This document shows positions 27,853 through 38,145 of a stretch of 64,000 nucleotides of DNA, piece by piece. Location of the stretch: the NCBI GenBank assembly GCA_964621195.1, contig CAZULJ010000001.1, positions 97,200 to 161,199 on the forward strand, read 5' to 3'. Each line of letters begins with the position of its first letter. Within the stretch, counting starts at the first letter, position 1. This DNA comes from an uncultured Candidatus Saccharibacteria bacterium. GTDB taxonomy: Bacteria > Patescibacteriota > Dojkabacteria > SC72. The notes under the pieces were generated by a model. The model searched no databases and was not told the DNA's origin. It saw nothing but the letters and a program-made list of their open reading frames with translations. A program made the translations under genes and the position numbers.

Positions 27853-29100
27853 TTACTCTTTTTTACCTTTAAACATCCTTCTCATAAAGGCTGGCTTGTC
27901 CAAAGGATCATCAAAGTCATCATCAAAGTCATCATCTAAGTCAATATCCATTCTCCTTTGGGCTCCCTTTTGAGCTTCTTCCTTTTCAGGTTCAATCTCT
28001 TCCTCGACATCGTCAAAGAAGGTATCCTTCTTTTCGAACTTCTCTTCCTCCGCTTTCTTAAACATTGGGGAGTTTACAGAGAAGCCACCTAATCCGACAG
28101 CATCATCAACTTTCTCTTCACCCTTAAGTTGTTTTGTATACACCTGTTTGTTCTCATCAAATCCAGTAGCAACGATAGTTATAACTATTTCATCTCCTAA
28201 TGCAGGATCTATTTGAGCACCAAATTTGATGTTTGCAGAAGGATCTACGGCTTCCTTTATTAGTTCAGAAACCATACTTATCTCAGGGAGAGTTAAATCA
28301 GAACCTACAATGTTATACAAAACTCCCGTAGCACCCTCGATAGACATATCTAGAAGAGGACTTGTTGTAGCTGCCCTAGCAGCGAGTTCCGCTCTGTTTT
28401 CTCCTTTTGCTCTACCAATACCCATTAATGCTGTACCAGAGTTTGACATTACTGATTTTGCATCATTAAAATCTGCATTAATATATCCTGTTTGACTTAT
28501 CAAACTCGAAATACTGTTTACACCTTCAGCAAGAACAGAATCAACCATCTTCATAGCTTCAATGAAGGAGATATTTGGATCAGCAACCTCTAATAGTCTT
28601 TGATTTGGAACAATAATCAATGTATCAACCTTGTCTCTTAATGCAGCAATACCTTCCTCGGCAACTTCCCTTCTCCTGTTACCCTCAAAATCAAAAGGCT
28701 TTGTAACAACAGCTACAGTTAAAGCTCCCATATTCTTAGCAACACCCGCAATTATTGGTGCAGCACCAGTTCCAGTACCACCACCCATACCAGCGGTAAT
28801 AAATACCATATCAGCACCCTCTAAAAGTTCTTGAATCTGATCCAAACTCTCCTCTGCCGCTTGAGCCCCAACCTCGTGATTTCCACCAACACCTAGGCCC
28901 TTAGTAAGATCCTCTCCCAATTGTAATGTGATGGGAGCTTTAGATTGCTTTAAGGCCTGAGCATCAGTATTGAAGGCCATAAATTCAACACCTGCGATAT
29001 CATAATCAGATATCATAGTGTTAATTGCATTACATCCACCACCACCAACGCCAACCACCTTAATTTTTGCTACAGGATCTAAATTTGTTGTAACTAACAT
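27853..29100 (-). CDS. ftsZ: Cell division protein FtsZ
   Basis: IKVVGVGGGGCNA, GMGGGTGTG, C-terminal LDKPAFMRR. Confidence 0.98.
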   Translation of the reverse strand: MLVTTNLDPVAKIKVVGVGGGGCNAINTMISDYDIAGVEFMAFNTDAQALKQSKAPITLQLGEDLTKGLGVGGNHEVGAQAAEESLDQIQELLEGADMVFITAGMGGGTGTGAAPIIAGVAKNMGALTVAVVTKPFDFEGNRRREVAEEGIAALRDKVDTLIIVPNQRLLEVADPNISFIEAMKMVDSVLAEGVNSISSLISQTGYINADFNDAKSVMSNSGTALMGIGRAKGENRAELAARAATTSPLLDMSIEGATGVLYNIVGSDLTLPEISMVSELIKEAVDPSANIKFGAQIDPALGDEIVITIVATGFDENKQVYTKQLKGEEKVDDAVGLGGFSVNSPMFKKAEEEKFEKKDTFFDDVEEEIEPEKEEAQKGAQRRMDIDLDDDFDDDFDDPLDKPAFMRRMFKGKKE

Positions 29101-29136
29101 AACTATCCTAAATACTTTAAATTAAATCTGGACAGT

Positions 29137-30447
29137 TTAGGGCATCAATGACTTAAACCAATTTGTAATCTTAGTTAAAAAGTTCTCACCACTAGATTTA
29201 CCACGAGTAGTATCAATTTCAACATCATCATCAGTTGCATGTTTGATAAGGCCTTGAACACAGGCAAATGCAGGATCAGATATCTCTTCTGTCATACCAC
29301 TTAGTCCTGAAGGATACCCTATTCTTGATGCAACTCCAAATACTCCCTGTGTCAATTTTGTAAGATCTTTTAACAATGCAGAGCCGCCTGAAAGGACTAT
29401 ACCAGCGGGCATAGCTATATCAAAACCAGCCCTTTTAACATTCTCTCTTGCTAACTCAAAAATTTCTTCACATCTTGCCTCTACAATTTTTCTCAACATA
29501 TCCTTTGATACTCTTTTTCCAGGGATATCTAATATTGAGAGATCAACCTCATCTTCCTTTGTTTGCTTAGGTTTCTCCTCTTCTACTTTTCTTAGAAGTG
29601 CAGGAGTAGTATCAAAACCGACCTTCTTAACCCTCCCCTTATTCTCAAAAAGGTCATTCATATGAACCTTAATCTTCTCGGCATCCTCCAATGAAACTTG
29701 TAAACCGATTGCTATATCACTTGTAATATTTACACCACCCAAAGGAATTGTACTACTGTAACTAATAGATCCCTCTTGGAATATTGAAATTGTCGTAGTA
29801 CCAGCACCAATATCTAATAATGTAACACCTAATTCTTTTTCTGTATCAGTTAAAACAGAGAGAGACGAAGCCCAACCTGCAAATACAACATCGTATACAT
29901 TCAAACCCAACTGTTCTACACATTTTTTAAGATTCTGCCAATATGAATTTGGCGCAGTGATAATATGAGTTTCTACCTCCAATCTACCACCAGACATACC
30001 AATTGGATATTTAATACCACCTTGGTTATCCACTACAAATTCCCTTGGAATTATATGGATAGGGTTTAGATTCTCAGGTAAGGAAAGAGTCCTAGCATTT
30101 TCAATTGCACGATATGTATCATCAATTGTAATTTCAGATCCTGCAACTGCAACAACACCTTTGTTGTTAAGACTAGTAACTGCCTCTCCATTGATAGAAA
30201 CATACACATCAGAAACTGTTACTCCAGCCATTCTCTCTGCAGCTGTAACACTTTCAGAGATAGCGGTAGTAGCATCATCGATATTAACTACCACTCCTTT
30301 TTTTATACCTTTACTTGGGTAAGAACAAACACCTATAACCGATGGTGTTTGGTTATCCTCTACAGCTGAAATTACTGTAGTGATTTTAGACGAACCAACA
30401 TCTATTGCTGTTATGATTTTACGTGCCATATAAGTTTCGGCAGTCAA
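29137..30447 (-). CDS. ftsA: Cell division protein FtsA
   Basis: AIDVGSSK, EKELGVTLLDIGAGTT, VLSGGSA; true start may be the Met six codons in (MARK). Confidence 0.96.
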   Translation of the reverse strand: MTAETYMARKIITAIDVGSSKITTVISAVEDNQTPSVIGVCSYPSKGIKKGVVVNIDDATTAISESVTAAERMAGVTVSDVYVSINGEAVTSLNNKGVVAVAGSEITIDDTYRAIENARTLSLPENLNPIHIIPREFVVDNQGGIKYPIGMSGGRLEVETHIITAPNSYWQNLKKCVEQLGLNVYDVVFAGWASSLSVLTDTEKELGVTLLDIGAGTTTISIFQEGSISYSSTIPLGGVNITSDIAIGLQVSLEDAEKIKVHMNDLFENKGRVKKVGFDTTPALLRKVEEEKPKQTKEDEVDLSILDIPGKRVSKDMLRKIVEARCEEIFELARENVKRAGFDIAMPAGIVLSGGSALLKDLTKLTQGVFGVASRIGYPSGLSGMTEEISDPAFACVQGLIKHATDDDVEIDTTRGKSSGENFLTKITNWFKSLMP

Positions 30448-30570
30448 ATTTTACTTTAAATTAAAGATCTATTTTAAGAATGTATCTCTATATAATATAT
30501 TCAAAAAACATCTACTTAGCAAGAACATTTTCCAATTCTGTCAAAGTAGCGCTGTTATGTCAATAAAGAA

Positions 30571-31347
30571 CTATTCTAATTTCATTACAGGTCTATCAAA
30601 TCTCAAGTCTAAAGACTTAAATTCCATACTCTCGCTATTGATCTTCTGCCCTATTAAATACAATCTACCGAGTTGAATGTCTAAGTCATCGGTAATATCA
30701 AAAACAAATGTATGACCATCATCACTCTCAACAAATGTTGTACCGTTATCAATTGCAATTGAGGAGACAAAAAAACCAAACTTCTTTAATACCCCCCCGA
30801 TTCTCTCTATCTCATTTGAAAAAATCAACCTTCCGTTGTTTTCGAGTATAGCGTCACTACTAATATATATTGGAGAATATACAGAGGAATCCTGCACACA
30901 TGAGCTCTCACAATCATTACAGACCTCCAATATTAACTTGCCCTCTTCTGAGAAAAGAACACACTTCTCAGAATAGTAACCAACATATCGAGGGGTATAC
31001 TCCTTTACATCAATTTTTATTGTAAAGGGGATATTCTTCTCAACATAAACATCACTTACAAACCCACTACTCTTCATAACCAAAGACTCAATCTCTCCAG
31101 GAGAAACAAGAAAGATATTTTCTCCCAAAACGCTATCAAGGGAAAAAAGAATCTCCTCCTCTTTTAAATATGACTCCTTTTTAAGATGTATATCTATATT
31201 CCTAATATCCCAAAGTCCTACAAGATTTGTAAAAAGGAAAAGTAATGGAATTACAAAGAGGAGAATATACCTTCTTATGAAAACAATAAGAGGAAATCTT
31301 AGAACTTTATTAAAAAAGGACATACTCTTCGTAGACATTTCTTGCAT
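30571..31347 (-). CDS. FtsQ/DivIB-like POTRA protein
   Basis: N-terminal TM helix, C-terminal LDLRFDRPV, located upstream of ftsA. Confidence 0.75.
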   Translation of the reverse strand: MQEMSTKSMSFFNKVLRFPLIVFIRRYILLFVIPLLFLFTNLVGLWDIRNIDIHLKKESYLKEEEILFSLDSVLGENIFLVSPGEIESLVMKSSGFVSDVYVEKNIPFTIKIDVKEYTPRYVGYYSEKCVLFSEEGKLILEVCNDCESSCVQDSSVYSPIYISSDAILENNGRLIFSNEIERIGGVLKKFGFFVSSIAIDNGTTFVESDDGHTFVFDITDDLDIQLGRLYLIGQKINSESMEFKSLDLRFDRPVMKLE

Positions 31348-31428
31348 AAAAAAAGTTTATCTCACTATCAGCATTTTGGGAAGAAGATTTGAAGATAAAA
31401 AAATATCTGATATTCTTTTAAAAGTAGT

Positions 31429-32043
31429 ATGTTAGACATCTTACTTTCAAAAATTGTAGAAATACTTGTAGGAATGGGGTACAAGGGTATCTTTTTAGCA
31501 TCCCTAGGACTATTCCCCTCAGAGGTTGTAATCGCACTGTTTTCATCAAAACCAGAAGCAAATATATGGTTAATCTCCTTGGTAGCATCTACTGGAGCAG
31601 TAATAGGAAGCACACCAACTTACTTCATAGGATACCTTTTTACAGAAGATACTCTGTATCGATGGCTAAATGGTAAGGGGAAATTCTTAAGAATAGATAC
31701 TGAGAATATAAATAAGAGCCAGCAGATGTTAAGGAAGAACGCCTTCTTCTACATCCTTATAACAAGAGTTATACCTTGGCTTAGAATTGTGACAAGTATT
31801 GGCGCTGGATACGTTAGAGCTGGAGTACTAGTTCATTCATTAGCCACATTTATTGGTATATATGCTTACACTCTTTTAATATCTGTGATAGGAATAGAAG
31901 CTGGAAGTAACTGGGAGTTAATAAAAGAGTATTTGCATATTACAGATAAAAGTACCATGGCATTGGGAATTGCCCTCTTACTCTCCTTCTTCCTTTACAA
32001 AGGCAAAAGAAAAATAATGACGGAAGTGAGGACTAAACTTTAG
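31429..32043 (+). CDS. DedA family membrane protein (second copy)
   Basis: FPSEVV, GAVIGS...YFIG, TRVIPWLR. Confidence 0.8.
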   Translation: MLDILLSKIVEILVGMGYKGIFLASLGLFPSEVVIALFSSKPEANIWLISLVASTGAVIGSTPTYFIGYLFTEDTLYRWLNGKGKFLRIDTENINKSQQMLRKNAFFYILITRVIPWLRIVTSIGAGYVRAGVLVHSLATFIGIYAYTLLISVIGIEAGSNWELIKEYLHITDKSTMALGIALLLSFFLYKGKRKIMTEVRTKL

Positions 32044-32524
32044 ACCAATCTATAAGATCTATCCAGAATTTGGTCATACTAGAAATATCTTTTTGGCACT
32101 CCTTTATCTCTGATATAGGAATCCAATAAAAACCCTCTAACTCTTGCGAATCATACTTTATCTCCCCACCATCATAGTATGCAATAAAGAATTTTACTAA
32201 CTCTTTTTGGGTATCATATTCAAAGGTCTTAGAACCAATCTCTTTAAATTCTTTAACAGAGATATTCAGTTCTTCCTTCAGACCCCTTACAATCGCTTCT
32301 TCATATGATTCACCACTTAATACATGCTCACCTAAAAAACAGAATTTCCCAGCATCATGTTTCTTTTGGAAAGATCTTTGGGTTAACAAAACAGAATCAT
32401 TATCTTTGTCTACAACAGTGAAATGAACAGTACGATGCATTAAGTTAGGATTACTATGACACTCCTCACGAGTTGCTTGCCCTATCACCTCATCTCTTTG
32501 ATTTACTACATCGAAAATTTCCAT
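32033..32524 (-). CDS. NUDIX hydrolase (Idi/YfcD-like)
   Basis: GEHVLSGESYEEAIVRGLKEELNI; start set at MEIFDVV so the gene does not overlap tRNA-Gly. Confidence 0.88.
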   Translation of the reverse strand: MEIFDVVNQRDEVIGQATREECHSNPNLMHRTVHFTVVDKDNDSVLLTQRSFQKKHDAGKFCFLGEHVLSGESYEEAIVRGLKEELNISVKEFKEIGSKTFEYDTQKELVKFFIAYYDGGEIKYDSQELEGFYWIPISEIKECQKDISSMTKFWIDLIDWSKV

Positions 32525-32545
32525 TGTTAGAAGAGTATTTAAAAA

Positions 32546-32622
32546 TGGAGCGAGAGACGGGGTTCGAACCCGCGACCTACACATTGGCAATGTGTCGTTC
32601 TAGCCAACTGAACTACTCTCGC
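32546..32622 (-). tRNA. tRNA-Gly(GCC)
   Basis: ACACA-TT-GCC-AA-TGTGT anticodon arm, encoded CCA. Confidence 0.95.
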
Positions 32623-32623
32623 A

Positions 32624-32699
32624 TGGTGCCTAGACTCAGATTTGAACTGAGGACCCTCTGTTCTTCAGACAGATGCTCTACCAACTGAGCTATCTAGGC
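32624..32699 (-). tRNA. tRNA-Phe(GAA)
   Basis: TCTGT-CT-GAA-GA-ACAGA anticodon arm, encoded CCA. Confidence 0.95.
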
Positions 32700-32720
32700 A
32701 TGCATATGTATGATAACAAT

Positions 32721-33836
32721 CTATTTGATATTTTTCAATATAATTGCCTTGATACGCTCTTTAAATACCTCTTCAGAGAATTTCTCAACAGAAGATGATA
32801 TCTCTTTACTATCCCATTTCTTTTTGACAAAAACATCAAAACTTTCTTTAAAAGCTTGTATACTCTGCTCTCTAAAAAACATCCCATTAACACCCTCCTT
32901 GACGGTATCTTTGTATCCACCAAACTCGTATGCTAAGACAGGCTTGCCACAAGACATTGCTTCTACTGGGAATATACCAAAGTCCTCAACACCTGCACAA
33001 AGGAAGCCCTTTGAAAGAAGGAAATAGTTATACTTTTCTTCCTCGGTTACTCTTCCTAAAAATGAGATGTTGGGATATCTCGAATATTTTTTCCTTAAAC
33101 TCTTAAATTCCTCCCCCTCTCCAATAACCTTTAGGTTAAATTTTAACTCTCTTGCGCAACTCAGAAGAAATTCTCCACCCTTGTTTGGCTCAAATGGTGC
33201 ACCAGCAAGAAAAAAATCTTCCGATTTGCTTTCCCTACCCCCTTTATACAATTTAACAGGAGGACTTAGAACAAAATCCACCTTTCTTCTCCAATATTTA
33301 TATATTCTGTCTGCTACAAAATTAGAATTAGATATTAAAATGTCAGCCCTATTGCTAGCAGAAACATCCCATATACGTAAGAAGTTTAAAAAGAAATTTA
33401 CGATCCACCTCTTTAAGAAAAATGTCCTCTTCGAATTAAAATATATATGTGTAAGATCCCATGCATATCTCATTGGTGTATGTATATATGAGATATGTAG
33501 TGAGTTAACACCAGATATTGCACCGTGAGCAACAGAAAAACTACTTGAAAGAACAAGATCATATTTTGATAGATCTAGAGATTCGATAGCCATAGGCCAA
33601 AGGAAATATGTATATCTATATATACTTCTCAGAAAGGGGATTCTGTTTAAGAAAGAGAAATAGATATTCTTAGTGCCAAAGTAAGAACAACACTCCTTAT
33701 AGTTGCCCATAAGGAAGAAGAAATCTGGATTCTTAAAAAGAGATCCTAAACTTCTTGTAACAGAGGAAGCTCCCGCAAAAGAAAAACAGTGATCTGATAC
33801 TATTGCAACTTTAAGATCTTTAATATCTCTATTCAT
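32721..33836 (-). CDS. GT4 family glycosyltransferase
   Basis: YIHTPMRYAWD, EDFGIFPVEAMSCGKPV. Confidence 0.92.
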   Translation of the reverse strand: MNRDIKDLKVAIVSDHCFSFAGASSVTRSLGSLFKNPDFFFLMGNYKECCSYFGTKNIYFSFLNRIPFLRSIYRYTYFLWPMAIESLDLSKYDLVLSSSFSVAHGAISGVNSLHISYIHTPMRYAWDLTHIYFNSKRTFFLKRWIVNFFLNFLRIWDVSASNRADILISNSNFVADRIYKYWRRKVDFVLSPPVKLYKGGRESKSEDFFLAGAPFEPNKGGEFLLSCARELKFNLKVIGEGEEFKSLRKKYSRYPNISFLGRVTEEEKYNYFLLSKGFLCAGVEDFGIFPVEAMSCGKPVLAYEFGGYKDTVKEGVNGMFFREQSIQAFKESFDVFVKKKWDSKEISSSVEKFSEEVFKERIKAIILKNIK

Positions 33837-34518
33837 AGAATACTAAGGTACCCCTCTTCTTCCTAAAGATAGAAGGCTTACTTCCCCTAACAAATATACC
33901 CACTGCAATTAGAAGCAAACCTGCAACAACACCAATATGGCTAGGCTCTATAGCAGTATTTGGGCTCCTATACCCTGTCAATGAAAATGTTGCTGAGCCA
34001 GGCTTTGAAACAAGGGCATTTTGAGGAGGGCTACCATCTTTCATTATTATAGATTTGAATAATTCGTCTGTTCCAGAGTATTCAAAATCTAAAACAATAT
34101 CATCGTTTTCATCAGTTATAACTTCAAATTCTAATCTAGCTAAAACATCTGGATCACCATCGGTAACATATAGATCTTTCTCTCCACCCGATTGTGTAAA
34201 ACCGGTAAGCATAACCATTCCTCTGCTGTTATCTATTGTACTTTCATCTTCAGGCCATTGGTCAAAAAGAGAGTTATTTCTACTAGCTTTTACAATCTGT
34301 ATCTGTCTTGGATCAAACTTAACTGCAAATCTTGCCTTAGTAATACTTTCAGATACTGAATCTAAAAGTATATCAACGGTAAAACCCTTCGAAGCATCTT
34401 TTACTGCTCCACTCTTTGGGTAGAAAGAAAAGGATGGTGTCTGTGCTAGTGCTTCCAAATGAGAAACAAGAAGAAGGAAAAATATAAGAGTTAGAACACC
34501 TAGATTTTTTTGTATCAT
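33829..34518 (-). CDS. Exported cohesin-like domain protein with C-terminal TM helix
   Basis: Signal peptide; FTVDILLD...VKFDP...IDNSRG...LARLEF pattern. Confidence 0.65.
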   Translation of the reverse strand: MIQKNLGVLTLIFFLLLVSHLEALAQTPSFSFYPKSGAVKDASKGFTVDILLDSVSESITKARFAVKFDPRQIQIVKASRNNSLFDQWPEDESTIDNSRGMVMLTGFTQSGGEKDLYVTDGDPDVLARLEFEVITDENDDIVLDFEYSGTDELFKSIIMKDGSPPQNALVSKPGSATFSLTGYRSPNTAIEPSHIGVVAGLLLIAVGIFVRGSKPSIFRKKRGTLVFYE

Positions 34519-34565
34519 AACAGTAAGATATTACCACATGTAATTAATCTAATATATCAAAATAT

Positions 34566-35333
34566 ATGGAGTTATATAAGGTCATAATACTCGCAATAGA
34601 ACAAGGCATCACAGAACTACTACCAGTCTCTAGTAGTGCACACCTTATTATTACTGCAAAACTTCTAGATATAAAAATGGATACCTACCTTCTTGCAGTT
34701 TTACATTTTGGGACAACAATCTCCATTCTAATATTTTTTGCACGAACTCTTTTTCAAGATATTTTAAAGAAGGAATCTATCCAATTTTATTTAAAAATCG
34801 TAGTTTCAACAATACCCGTAGCTATAGTTGGTCTTTTGCTAGAATCTACAATTGAACAATACTTAAGAAGCGATATCTACATTGTCTCTTCCTTAATACT
34901 TTGGGGGATAATAATGATCCTTGTAGAAAGAAAATATAAAGACCACAAAGATGAAGACTTAAGGGAAATATCCTGGAAGCAATCTCTAATAATGGGAATC
35001 TCTCAAATATTTGCACTTATACCTGGGACATCAAGATCAGGGGTTACAACAATCGCAGGTACTCTCTCCGGTGTCAATAAATATTCAGCAATTCAGTACT
35101 CATTCATACTTGGAATACCTGTCTTGTTAGGAACGTCTACATATGAAATCTACAAATACGCACCAACAGAAGGGTTCGATTTTATCCACATATTAGGAAT
35201 TCTCGTGTCTGCGATCTTTGGCTTTATAGCCCTTTATCTATTAAAAGGTATAAGGAAGGCAAAATGGTTAACAATATTTGGTGTATATAGGATATTGATA
35301 GGAATAGTACTTCTCCTAGTATCTATAATCTAG
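34566..35333 (+). CDS. uppP: Undecaprenyl-diphosphatase (BacA)
   Basis: QGITELLPVSSSAHL, ALIPGTSRSGVT. Confidence 0.95.
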   Translation: MELYKVIILAIEQGITELLPVSSSAHLIITAKLLDIKMDTYLLAVLHFGTTISILIFFARTLFQDILKKESIQFYLKIVVSTIPVAIVGLLLESTIEQYLRSDIYIVSSLILWGIIMILVERKYKDHKDEDLREISWKQSLIMGISQIFALIPGTSRSGVTTIAGTLSGVNKYSAIQYSFILGIPVLLGTSTYEIYKYAPTEGFDFIHILGILVSAIFGFIALYLLKGIRKAKWLTIFGVYRILIGIVLLLVSII

Positions 35334-35334
35334 A

Positions 35335-36987
35335 TTACAATACAGTCCTTAGATCTACACCTGTCATACTATCTGGTACCTCTAGACCTAAAAGTCCTAT
35401 ACATGTTGGTGCAACATCAGCCAGAAGACCTGTTGCTTTTGCATCAGGACCCGTTCCAATCTTCTGTATTTGATTACCTGGTTTCAGATGTATCTCATCT
35501 TCCTCCGTCAAGATAACCATGGGAACAGGATTGTTTGTATGTGCAATATCAACTTCCTTTGTAACCCTGTTAATCATACTCTCACAATTACCATGGTCAG
35601 CAGTAATTATTGCAGCACCACCCATACTAAGTGTTGCTTTCGCAATTTCCGCAGTCAAAGAGTCAACTATTTCATTACCTTGAACAGTAGCTTTGTAATC
35701 TCCTGTATGACCTAGCATATCGGGGTTCGCGAAGTTTATGAGGATAAACTTCTCCCCACCCTCCTTTATCTTTTTAATATTTGCCAATACCTCATCTCTG
35801 ATAATTTCCGCACTCATTGCAGGTACTAAAGCATAATTATCAATCTTTGGTGATGGTATATTTATTACCCTCTCACCCTTGTGCAAAGCCTCAATACCAC
35901 CATTAAAGAAATATGTTACATGCATATTCTTCTCTGTCTCTGAAACATGAAGCTGATTCATGTTGTTCTCTTCCAAATAGGTAGCCAGAGATTTCTTAAT
36001 CTTTTTAGGAGGGAAGATTACATGAGCAGGAACACCTTCCTCATAACCAGTCATAGTAGCGAAGTACAAATTCTCAGGGAAATCTCTTCTAACGAAATGG
36101 TCAAAATCCTTTAGTACAAAAGCTTTTGTTAATTCTCTCGCACGATCTTCTCTAAAGTTCCAATATATTACAACATCATTTGTTCTAACCGGACCAACAG
36201 GTTTACCAGCAGCATCAACTCTGGTTCTAGGTTTAAAGAATTGATCTGTTTCATTCTCTGCATATGCCTTCTGTATAGCAACGATTGGATCCTGGAAAGT
36301 CTCTTGAGATAGTCCGACCATTGCGTCGTAAGCTGGCTTTATCCTTTCCCACCTGTTATCACGATCCATACCGTAAAAACGGCCCTGCATAGAAGCTATT
36401 CTTCCAACGCCAAGCTCTGCGATCTTTTCATTCAGTTTGTTTAAATACAAAAAACCATCCTTTGGTGGGGTATCTCTACCATCAAGTATTACATGTATGT
36501 ATGGATTAACTCCCATAGCTTTAGCAAGCTCCATAAGGGAAAAGAGATGTTTGATATGACCATGAACACCAGCTGCACTAAGTACTCCTACAAAGTGCAT
36601 ATTAGAACCTCTCTTCTTCACTTCAGACAGTGTTTCCTTTAATACCGGATTGTTATCAAGTTCATGTGTCGAAATAGCATCATTGATTCTAGGAAGAGTT
36701 TGATAAACAACCTGTCCAGCTCCTAAATTAAGATGACCGACCTCTGAGTTACCATCTTCCTCACCTGGAAGACCAACATATGTACCAGAAGCATGTATAA
36801 GGGTAGATCTGCCTTGGGTCCATGCGAGATCTAGAAATGGAGTCTTTGCACCAAGTACTGCATTGCCTTCAGGATCTGGATGAACACCGAAGCCATCTAA
36901 GATAATTAGGGTTACAAATTCCTTCCCCATCTCTACAATATCACTGCTTTGTTTGTTGTTTTCTTTTTTGCTAAATAGTCCAAACAT
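35335..36987 (-). CDS. gpmI: 2,3-bisphosphoglycerate-independent phosphoglycerate mutase (paralog 2)
   Basis: LIILDGFG, GNSEVGHLNLGAG, NPDMLGHTG, TADHGNCE. Confidence 0.93.
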   Translation of the reverse strand: MFGLFSKKENNKQSSDIVEMGKEFVTLIILDGFGVHPDPEGNAVLGAKTPFLDLAWTQGRSTLIHASGTYVGLPGEEDGNSEVGHLNLGAGQVVYQTLPRINDAISTHELDNNPVLKETLSEVKKRGSNMHFVGVLSAAGVHGHIKHLFSLMELAKAMGVNPYIHVILDGRDTPPKDGFLYLNKLNEKIAELGVGRIASMQGRFYGMDRDNRWERIKPAYDAMVGLSQETFQDPIVAIQKAYAENETDQFFKPRTRVDAAGKPVGPVRTNDVVIYWNFREDRARELTKAFVLKDFDHFVRRDFPENLYFATMTGYEEGVPAHVIFPPKKIKKSLATYLEENNMNQLHVSETEKNMHVTYFFNGGIEALHKGERVINIPSPKIDNYALVPAMSAEIIRDEVLANIKKIKEGGEKFILINFANPDMLGHTGDYKATVQGNEIVDSLTAEIAKATLSMGGAAIITADHGNCESMINRVTKEVDIAHTNNPVPMVILTEEDEIHLKPGNQIQKIGTGPDAKATGLLADVAPTCIGLLGLEVPDSMTGVDLRTVL

Positions 36988-37030
36988 ATACTAGATGTGT
37001 TAAAGTAAAAAACTAGTATAATATACATAA

Positions 37031-38113
37031 ATGGCAGACATTAGTAAAAAAGATATAACCGAATTGGAGAAGAAATTGCAGGATATAGAGATATCTTTAG
37101 ATATTCCTAAGAAAGAAGAAACTCTCCAATCACTTACAGCAGAAAGCAGTAAAGAAAATTTCTGGAATGATCCACAAAACGCTCAAAATGTACTCACTGA
37201 GCTTGGAGATATAAAAAATGATATTGATACACTGAATGAACTCAAGGATGAAGTAAGTACCCTCCTTTCTCTTCTAGAAGAGCTAACAGATGAGGAAGCG
37301 ACATCCTTAGTAGAAGATTATGAAAAGCTATCTCAGAAAATATCCCAATTTGAGATAAGAAAATTTCTTTCGGGTAAGTATGATAAAAATGATGCAATAT
37401 TTTCCATACATGCAGGACAGGGAGGAACAGAAGCAAATGATTGGGCTGAAATGCTTTTCAGAATGTATACAAAATACTTTGAGAAAATGGATTGGAAATA
37501 TACCGTGACAGATATGACACGAGGAAATGAAACAGGTATTTCAACAGTTACTTTTGATGTAAAGGGTAAATACGCATACGGCCTTCTTAAGAAAGAACAT
37601 GGGACTCACCGACTCATTAGACTATCTCCATTCAATGCGCAAAACCTTAGACAAACATCCTTTGCGGGAGTAGAAGTAATGCCCTCCTTAGAAGATCTGG
37701 ATAAAAACATTTTAATTCCTGATACAGATATCGACTTTAAAGCTGTAAGATCTGGTGGACCAGGTGGGCAGAATGTAAACAAAACCTCTTCTGCAGTACA
37801 AATTACACACATACCAACCGGAATATCAATACACTGCTCAGAAGGAAGAAGTCAATTACAAAATAGGGAGAGAGCTATGCAAATACTTAGAGGAAAGCTT
37901 TGGAAGATACTTGAGGAAAACAGATTAAAAGAGATATCAGAAATAAAGGGAGAGTACAAAGTTGCAGGATGGGGCAATCAAATACGAAACTATATCCTAC
38001 ATCCATACAAATTAGTCAAAGATTTAAGAACAGGCGTAGAAACTAGCAACCCAGAAAGTGTATTAGATGGGAACATCGAGGAGTTTGTTGAAGCACAAGT
38101 CAGAATACAGTAA
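37031..38113 (+). CDS. prfB: Peptide chain release factor 2 (no programmed frameshift)
   Basis: RLSPF, GPGGQNVNK, WGNQIRNY; continuous ORF. Confidence 0.96.
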   Translation: MADISKKDITELEKKLQDIEISLDIPKKEETLQSLTAESSKENFWNDPQNAQNVLTELGDIKNDIDTLNELKDEVSTLLSLLEELTDEEATSLVEDYEKLSQKISQFEIRKFLSGKYDKNDAIFSIHAGQGGTEANDWAEMLFRMYTKYFEKMDWKYTVTDMTRGNETGISTVTFDVKGKYAYGLLKKEHGTHRLIRLSPFNAQNLRQTSFAGVEVMPSLEDLDKNILIPDTDIDFKAVRSGGPGGQNVNKTSSAVQITHIPTGISIHCSEGRSQLQNRERAMQILRGKLWKILEENRLKEISEIKGEYKVAGWGNQIRNYILHPYKLVKDLRTGVETSNPESVLDGNIEEFVEAQVRIQ

Positions 38114-38145
38114 TATATTGTCGTATAACCTTACTGCCTATACGA

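Noticed and set aside
32525-32590. N-terminal extension of the NUDIX ORF, and short ORFs overlapping tRNAs (17441-17686, 32473-32688, 43497-43733)
   Set aside because: They run through tRNA genes and are translation artefacts.
37085-37110. prfB programmed +1 frameshift
   Set aside because: The site reads TCT TTA GAT in frame with no CTT-TGA; the ORF is continuous.
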